Assembly: GCA_036630325.1 (NCBI GenBank)
Contig: CP142729.1
Location: forward strand, 1,178,001 to 1,242,000
Direction of reading: 5' to 3'
Source: Vairimorpha necatrix
Lineage: Eukaryota
Length of the DNA: 64,000 nucleotides
Position 1 is the stretch's first letter; each line of letters begins with the position of its first letter. The position numbers were made by a program, and so were the translations under genes. Shown in pieces: positions 56,307 through 64,000 of this stretch. Below the pieces are notes generated by a model. The model was not told the DNA's origin, did no database searches, and saw only the letters and a list, made by a program, of their open reading frames with translations.

Positions 56307-57266
56307 TATTAATTGAAAGATCTTCAATGGAACCAAGATTGCCCTAGAGACTATAGAAAACTATTCTATAAGTTTATTCCTCATATTCACTGTTAAAGAT
56401 AATTGTAAGTTAAAAGGTAAATTCATTTAATATATATTCTCAACATTCCCGCGCTAAATTTAATACGGGGAGATGTAATTATCTTTACTACTTCCTACGC
56501 CTACTACTTAGCTCTCAAAATAAAAGTGCATTTTTATGTTAACTGACCATGGACTGCGCTTTACTCTACCGCGTCTTACCATCCCCTAGTACAAGTCTTC
56601 GCGGTACTTTCTTTCTCTCTCATAATACATAAAGTCTATGGGCATGTGGGGGTTCTTTAGACATGTCTCCCCAACAATGAAATCTAATTTTAACCGCCCA
56701 TGTGATTTTTCACGACAACATAGTTTCTTTTTGATTTCTTTTCTTTTTAAATCTCTCCGGATTTTTGAACACTAATGGTTCAGCAATCCTGCCACGATAG
56801 CTTTAGGTGGGAATAGTAGGATTACCACTGCACTCAATCTGCACATCTCTTATGCTAGATCTTATTACAGTCAATACTGTTTCTTAATAGCTCTTCATTG
56901 CACCTCCACGTCTTCACCTATCCGGTCCCTCGACTGATGCAAGCCATCGCCTTCTCTTCTGTGAACAAACAACATTCCCATTCTTACTTATAGTGCAATT
57001 TTTTACGTCTCATTTCTCGACGGAACTTACAACCTCTTTTTTTGTTCGGGTTCAGTAATTTTATTCTTCAGTATGCTAAAGATAATTTGTAAGTTAAGGA
57101 TTATATTTATTAATTATATATTCTCATTAACAATTATGGTTTTTGAGGGAAACTACGATATTTTCATGCTGACAAACACTAAAAAAATCAATCCAAAGAG
57201 GATATGAAGAATTGACAAAAATATAGCTAACATTGTTCTCAGTCTGTTTGCAACCAACATGCCATA
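56307..57266 (+). mobile_element. old solo LTR of the element-B family, split by a short-LTR element
   Basis: AAGATTGCCCT.GAG...TTCTATAAGT (56335-56373) and TATGG..TT.GAGGGAAA...GATATGAAGAA (57135-57210) are colinear with LTR 38103-38328. Confidence 0.65.
56391..57130 (-). mobile_element. internally deleted LTR element with ~55-bp diverged LTRs
   Basis: TG(T/C)TAAAGATAATT(T)GTAAGTTAA...TATATATTCTCA at 56391-56445 and 57074-~57130; interior has no long ORF. Confidence 0.6.
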
Positions 57267-57315
57267 GTTTTGAATTAGAATAAAGTTGTGACTAAATTTT
57301 AACTATGCACTAGGA

Positions 57316-60044
57316 CAGAGGTGGGCAAATACTTTATAGCTGTAAGCCAAAATGAATTTTTTTAAATGTCTCCCGGGCCGGAGGACTATTTCGGCTTTGC
57401 TTTACACAAGCGGAAATTTTGGATGAAGTTTTTTCCCTGCCCATTTTTTAACAAAAATATTAAGTATCATTTCAATTAGAATAAAATATGTCAAGTACAT
57501 TCTAAGGAAATATTTTTATAAATAAATGGCTATTAGATAAACCACACAATAAAAGGTTTTATTTTGTTACTTATTTATGTCTTAACGATATTAATTATTT
57601 TATATTGACACATGGTTATTACAATTTAACATTTATATTGCATCTCTAAATATAATAGTAAAAAAATTCAAAAAAGAAAAAAAACATCAAACGTTAAAAT
57701 AAATATTTAATGTTAATGCGAAACGTGAAATGTCGAATGTTCATCCGACATTATTTCTTCAAAATTAGGTTCTAAATCACTTGTAGCAATCCTTAATACC
57801 GAGTGTAGATTTTCGTCAGTAATTTGTGATCGATATTTATTTTTCGTGGAAACCATTAAAGAAAAAATTCTTTCAAAATATAAGTCGAACCAAATAAAAC
57901 AAGATATTTCTGAGCATAGTTCAAAAAATGTTTGAAATGTTCATTATTTAACGCGGCATATAAAGCACTCAATTCGTATGAGTGAAAAATTTCTTTTAGT
58001 AAATTATTTGATTGTAAGTCAATTAGTTCTAGTTGAATTTCAACAGGAGCTTCTTGCACGTCGAAATTGAAAGGATGGCCAATTAATGATAAAGGTTTTA
58101 TCAATATCTTTGAAATCTTGAAATCTTCTTTGGAATTCAGAATGCAGGTCTTGTGTTATTGCATTATATTTAAAAAAATCTGTATTTTTTAATGATTCTC
58201 GCCGTGCTTGCAATGGGGGGAAATGATTTAATAATTTATTATTAAAGTTTTCAGCAAATAAATTGAGTTTTGTCATAAATGCTTTGACGTTTGAGTGCAT
58301 ATTGAAGGCGAATTGGTTTTACCTTGTATATTTATATTTAGTTCATTCAAATATTTTACTATATCTACTAAAAACGAGAAATCGGTTAGCCAAGCCTCAT
58401 TTTGCAATTCAGGAATATCTTGTAGTTTTTCTTTTATCGACAAGAATGATATTATTTCATCAAGCAAATATTGGAATCTATGTAAAACTTTACCAATGCT
58501 AAGCCATCTCACTTCAGTGTAATAGGGAATTTCGTAGTAGTCACTTTCAATTTCTTTCAAAAATTCAAGAAACTGTCGATGATTTAAGGCACGTCCTCGG
58601 ATAAAATTTACAACTTTGGTCACAACAGTAACGACGTGATTCTATTTCAAACTTTTCTGCATAGCATTTCTTGGTGAATAATGCAGTGCAAAAATAATAT
58701 ATAGTGTTTTGGTTGTAACTTTTTTACTTTGTCGCGAATTCGTTTAAGTAAGCCTATATTTTTCCCTGTTAAACTAGGACAGCCATCCGCAGTGACGCTT
58801 ACTATTTTATTCCAAGTTAAACTAACTTTAACTAAACACTCTGCAACAGCGAGAAAAAAGTTTTTACCAGTAGTTGTATTTTTCATTGGATGCACACTAA
58901 GAAGTTCCTCGCTAATTTCACATTTCCTATTAATGCCGCGAATAAATATTAATAATTGACTTGTATCAGTAATATCGCAGGACTCATCTAAAGCCAGAGA
59001 ACAATAGGTAAAATCAGCAATTTTTCTGCTTAGCTGGTCAAGTAAGTTTCCTGAAATATTTTCAATCCGGCGTACTATCGTTCTTCAAGAAAGGCTTAGA
59101 TTTTCAAAAATATGTTTCTTTTCAGGACAACATATCTCCGACACTTGTACCATGCATTGTTTAACAAATTCTGCTTCTAAAAACGGCTTACAGAACTTAG
59201 CAATTTTTTGTGCGACAGCATAACTTGCTTTTGTAGTAGATTTTACAATATTAATTCGTTTGGTAACAATTTTTTGTTGCTGATTCAAGTTTTTTGTAGA
59301 GTTTTCAGCTATGTTTTGAAGTTCTTGTAAAGAATGTGATCATATTTTGGATGTTTTGTTGTAAAATGCCTGCTTAAATTGTATTCTTTGAAAACAGCAA
59401 TTGTTTCCTGACAAACTAAACAAATTGCTTTCTTATTAATGTTTGTAATAATATATTTTACCGTCCAAGCTTCATTGAAGTTTCTGCATTCCAAATCAAC
59501 TTTTCTTTTTTTAGTTTCTCTCATTTTAAAAGGGCTACAAAAAAATAAGTTAAATAAAAACAATAAAAAAACACCAAAGTTTTAAAAATTTACTTACAAA
59601 AAGTCCACTTTTTCAATTTTATGTATGCAAACCAATGGTAGATTCGAACTAAAAAAGAGTATGCGATCAGAATAAAATAATAATTAACAATACCTGGGCT
59701 GCGATCTGTCGTCCCCCAAACATTGAGAGGCTAAGAGGAGTGCAGCATATGTCGTCCACACATGCATTAAAAACCTAGCGCGATCTACTTTGTGTTCGAT
59801 GAACCCCCCCCCCCCCGCCATGAGAGCGATTGTCGCGAGCGACCTGCATCGCTCACACTAGTGTAATAAGCCAAACGCTTATTTTATTTCGCCTATTATA
59901 TATACAGTTCGCATACTAATAATGTTTATGCCAACAAAATCTCATAAAGAGTTTTAAAAAAATTGCGTTAGAATTTTCAGCGGGCCGGATAAAATTAGCA
60001 AAAGGGCCAAATCCGGCCCGCAGGCCGGCCTTTGCCCACCTCTG
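57316..60044 (-). mobile_element. hAT (Buster/SPIN, GTF2IRD2-like) DNA transposon with a frameshifted transposase (59524-57713)
   Basis: 14-bp TIR CAGAGGTGGGCAAA; GGCCCGC.GGCC subterminal motifs; KRKVD.ECR.F...W, CLVC..KEYNL.RH, LALDES.D, DGCPS, HCIIHQE, EVRWLS, FGSTY. Confidence 0.9.
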
Positions 60045-60667
60045 TTGTAAAGCATAACTGAGCCAAGCAGACATCCGCATTATACTGATTATGAGGGATA
60101 TTTGAGAATAATGAGAAGAAGTTTGAATAAATGCCAAAGACGACATTAAAAGATGTAAGCGAATGCTGTAAAAATTAAAAGCGGAATGAAAGCCATAATG
60201 CTTCTAAAAACTAAACTATTTCATAAGTGTCGATCATATGCGTTTTTCTGATAAAAAATTTGCAATCAAAAACATATTTTTATAATGTCTTTGACTTTAT
60301 GTCTATAAATTATATAGGAAATCCGGGGTTCGGGCGTCACTAATATATTGTGACCTACGCTACATCCACATAAATATAAGTTTCTTTCTTTTAATTATAT
60401 TTGTGGGCAGTCATAACTAAGTCATTAAAAGATAAACAACTTGCCTACAAAGATATTAAATATGAAATTCATCGAGGATGTGCACGATCTTAAAATGGCA
60501 AAACAGTAAGTTCGGCTGTTTCATCGAAACCAAGCCAATAAAAGATTTCGTTGTCAATTTTCAAAAATAGGAGTCCTTATTGACTTCAATACCCTAAAGG
60601 ATAGACTCAGAAGTCGATTCCTATATGAATCGTGTAGCAAAGATATTTAAACGCGATAATAGTACAA

Positions 60668-61459
60668 TTTTTTTTTCTTGCAAGTAAGAGGTAGGGAGAA
60701 CCCTTACATAGGGACCAGAGGGGTTTGGGTGTGATCCTCATCCAACTGGTACTGTGAGATTATTATTCACTAGAACTCCCTCCATGCTACTTGCCGGTGC
60801 AGCAAGCTCTGCCGTATCCATTGGACTTTGGAACTAGGAGAACACTTTCCATTTATCTCTCTTTTGCGTCCAGAGTGACCTCACGGCGGATATACTTAAC
60901 GGGCATGGTTATCTATAACCCGAGGAGAGACATCATCGGACAGACTCAAAGGTTCCTACAATCATCTGTATTGCACACACGGCTCCTTACACAACCACAT
61001 CACCAGCCCGGCGTTTTTATTGGGTTGCGTTGACCACCAGTCTCCCACTAGTTTCGGCCACCGTGTTACAAAATCTTGTAAGATAGGGTCCACGAGACCT
61101 TCTATTGCCATACTTCGTCTAGTCTCTTAGTTAGCTCCAGAATCTCACTTTAGAGTGCACCAGCCATGGGCTCCAACTAGGCCGTACCCATTAGATACTT
61201 TTATGTATCATTAAGTCACCAAAGGGTAATACTGCTATTTAACTTTGAGGTGCGTTTCTACACTAGATGCTACCCCCCCCCCCGTGGCTGGACACACACA
61301 AGTTTCATTGAATCAACTTAATGATTATCGTGGACATTTCATCATCTGAGTTGTTCCAACTGCATCATAGAAAGTAGAAACAATTTTGGTGCCCCTGGGA
61401 ATCGAACTCAGCCATTGCTTAATGGAAGCATTGCATTCTACCACTGTGCTAAGGGCACC
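60668..61459 (-). mobile_element. tRNA-derived SINE copy 3 (full length)
   Basis: Body highly similar to copy 2; head GGTGCCC-TTAGCACAGTGGTAGAATGC...CTGAGTTCGATTCCCAG-GGGCACC; poly(A) tail; no TSD seen. Confidence 0.88.
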
Positions 61460-62480
61460 CCCTGTAATGTATCCTCAATAAACTAATATTGTGGAATTAT
61501 AATCATTAAATTCCCCCTATTTAAATTGATACTCCAACAAGCTCCGACGCGCCCATTGAGTTTTGACTTAGGAGGATCTACCACCTTTTACTTCAAAATC
61601 GCCTCCAGAATATTTGCAGTAGGTATGATTATAGACATGTTTAAATCCCCCCCCCCCAAAAAAAAAAAAAAACATGATTGTACTTACACGGAAGGCTGAT
61701 GCTAGCATATGCATCGAGTAAAGATAACTCCTCAAGTTATCATTTTATTGATCATTTGTCTCTACAAGTTTGTCAACGTGTTACAGTATTTATTAGATAA
61801 GACTTCTAAACCTCCTGCTTTACTTCATCTAGTTCTTTAATTCGCACGAAAGATCCACCCAGTGTGAACCGAAGGGCCTTTACAACTCTAACAGCACCAT
61901 TCGTATATTAAATTATCCTTAAACCTACATTTTTTTAGGTGTTATGGCGTGTTTCTTATTAAGACCTAAATTTATTTGAGATTGAATGCATACAATTTTT
62001 ACGAATCAACATAATTCACATCCTAAATATAAAGCTTCAGACTTATTTGTATACGATCTTAGTTCTTTATGTAATAATACAATTTTGTCGAACGCGCTGG
62101 TCGGTAATGACTAATGACCTTTATTCCTATATAAACAATTTTTTTATATATATGTGTTATGTCTTTCTATAACATAATTTTATTTTATTTATTTTATTTT
62201 CCCTACAAGTTTTTTAAAAATTATAAATAAAATTTTAAGAAAGGAGGGCATGATAAATTTAAAAGATAACTATAATCAAAAGAATAAATATAATGACAAT
62301 AAAAACATTAAAAATATAAAATATAACAAAAGCCTCATAGAGGCATATTTAAAAAATGGCCATGTCCCCATGGGACATCTCAATATGGCTAATCCTTGGT
62401 GTATTTAATTTATAAAGTAATTATGACACTTTAAAATTAGATCCAATTTATATTCTTTGGTTTTTTATATATTATATTGT

Positions 62481-62580
62481 CTGTCATAGCCGATCAAATA
62501 CGAATCAATCATATTCTAATTAAACGGAAAGAGTTGATTGGCTACAAAAAATATTTATAAACATTTCTATGGGGTGGGGA
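62481..62580 (+). repeat. dispersed ~95-bp non-coding repeat, second copy at 53208-53302
   Basis: TGTC(A/G)TAGCCGATCAAAT...CAATCATATTCT...TTGATTGGCTACAAAAA.TATTTA.AAACATTTC in both places. Confidence 0.75.
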
Positions 62581-64000
62581 AAAAATAAACTTATTGGCAT
62601 GCATATTTACTTATTTTTTTATAAATTATTTTCCTTAGTTTCTAAAAAATTTTTTCCAGATTTGCTTTTTTGTTTATTTATTATTGTAAATGAAAAGCTT
62701 CCATCTCAAATGCTAGGAATTGAAACTTATATGCTAAAATGTGCATAAAATTGCTATAGTCCAAGTCTATGGAAACGATCTTGGCAAAAGCAATTTTTAA
62801 ATCAATACGAGGAACCCAAAAATAAAAAAATTTAATTTTTCTCACATATATCTTTTAATTCTGTTATGTTCATACTTATTGAACTAACGTTCACATAAAA
62901 TCTGTTGCAAAATTGAAATCAAAAACATGTAGTATAAAAAAATTTGGAGTTGTGGTATTATTAGCCAGCTCGTAGAACCTGCCGCTTAGATGAAATAACT
63001 CTTTCGTAATTATAAATAAGAATAAACAAAAAACGGGCAAAATTACAACCTCGTTTAATATTTAAAATACAAAATAATTATATATAATTATCACATTATG
63101 AAGTTTCCCATCATAAGATTTTCATCTGAATTTTTTTTCTAATATTTAGCTATAACTATTAATTTAAACTTTAATGATTAATACTAAAGAACGTAAGAAA
63201 AAAAATTTTTTTAAACATCCATCGTGCCTTTGCCTATTCACTTCACAACAAAAAAACATTATTCTTAAAATAAACAATTTACATTGTTTAAAGGGAGCAT
63301 CATAATGAATTATTTGTGTTCTAACTCACTTCTTTCATAAATGCTATAATATTTGAATACTAAATTTAATTATAACTCATACAAATGCCCTAGCCTCTTT
63401 CCTAAGAACTAAATCATATTGATTTTTGTTTATAAACAATTTGGAAATTGATATTTGTTTTTTATTCTGTATTTAGTTATATTTCCCTTTTCTGTCCTAT
63501 ACAAAGCATTATAGTATCTATTTTAAATTTTACGATATTTACAATTCTGTAATCTATTATTTTATATGTTTTGTTTACTTTAGAAGAATATTATAAAAAT
63601 CTTCTTAGATTACAAACAAAATATATTGACTTCTAATTATTAATATTTTAAATAGTAGTTATAATAAGATTTAAAATTAAATTTGGTATTCAGATATTTA
63701 TTATTTTGTATTTTTAATCATAAAGTGGCTAGTCTTTTTTTTGTCTTCTCTTTTCACATTAAAAAACTCACTTGCGTATATTGTAAGTATCTCTGCTGCA
63801 ATAATCTATATTAAATACAGCTGTTTTTAACTATTATATTTCATCTCACAGCAGAATATATAGTGTTTGTAGAACTCATCAAATTGGAGGATTTTTAAAA
63901 GTGAAACATAAATTTTAATGGTAGATTTGTAAATCGCCATACTATTGGTTAATGAAATCAAATATCTTATTAGTTCGGAAGAAAATGAGGCCGTATTAAA

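Noticed and set aside
2155-58959. Many 60-125-aa ORFs antisense to genes and TEs
   Set aside because: Overlap well-supported opposite-strand ORFs, have F/L/I/S-biased antisense composition and lack start motifs.
61480-62100. Possible further transposase remnant
   Set aside because: Only vague Cys/Trp fragments; cannot be supported by eye.

Overview
Very AT-rich eukaryotic DNA, almost certainly a microsporidian (Nosema/Vairimorpha-like). This rests on intronless compact genes, a CCC-like motif just before most ATGs and a polar tube protein 1 candidate. The ORF track's TTG/GTG starts were corrected to CCC-preceded ATGs. Bases 1-23.7 kb form a compact housekeeping block: MCM2, RFWD3-like RING-WD40, APC6/Cdc16, Lso2/CCDC124, Kish, tRNA-Ile(AAU), V-ATPase c'', XPD, eIF2beta, TBCD, a Tra2-type RRM protein with Trp repeats, and PTP1. 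Bases 23.7-64 kb are transposon-dense and hold three paralogs of a ~770-aa putatively secreted protein, two of them split by LTR elements. Top observations: (i) Ty3/Gypsy elements with ultra-short identical LTRs (49 and 57 bp) that resemble minimal host promoters, one with an intact ORF but no recognisable protease; (ii) a recent LTR element encoding Gag-protease plus an apparently catalytically dead RT; (iii) a ~800-bp tRNA-headed SINE family with poly(A) tail and a 12-bp TSD; (iv) triple-nested Merlin transposons, a SPIN/Buster-like hAT with an animal-style 5' intron, a Helitron-like element and a Ginger-like MITE. All family assignments come from motif recognition by eye; no database searches were run.
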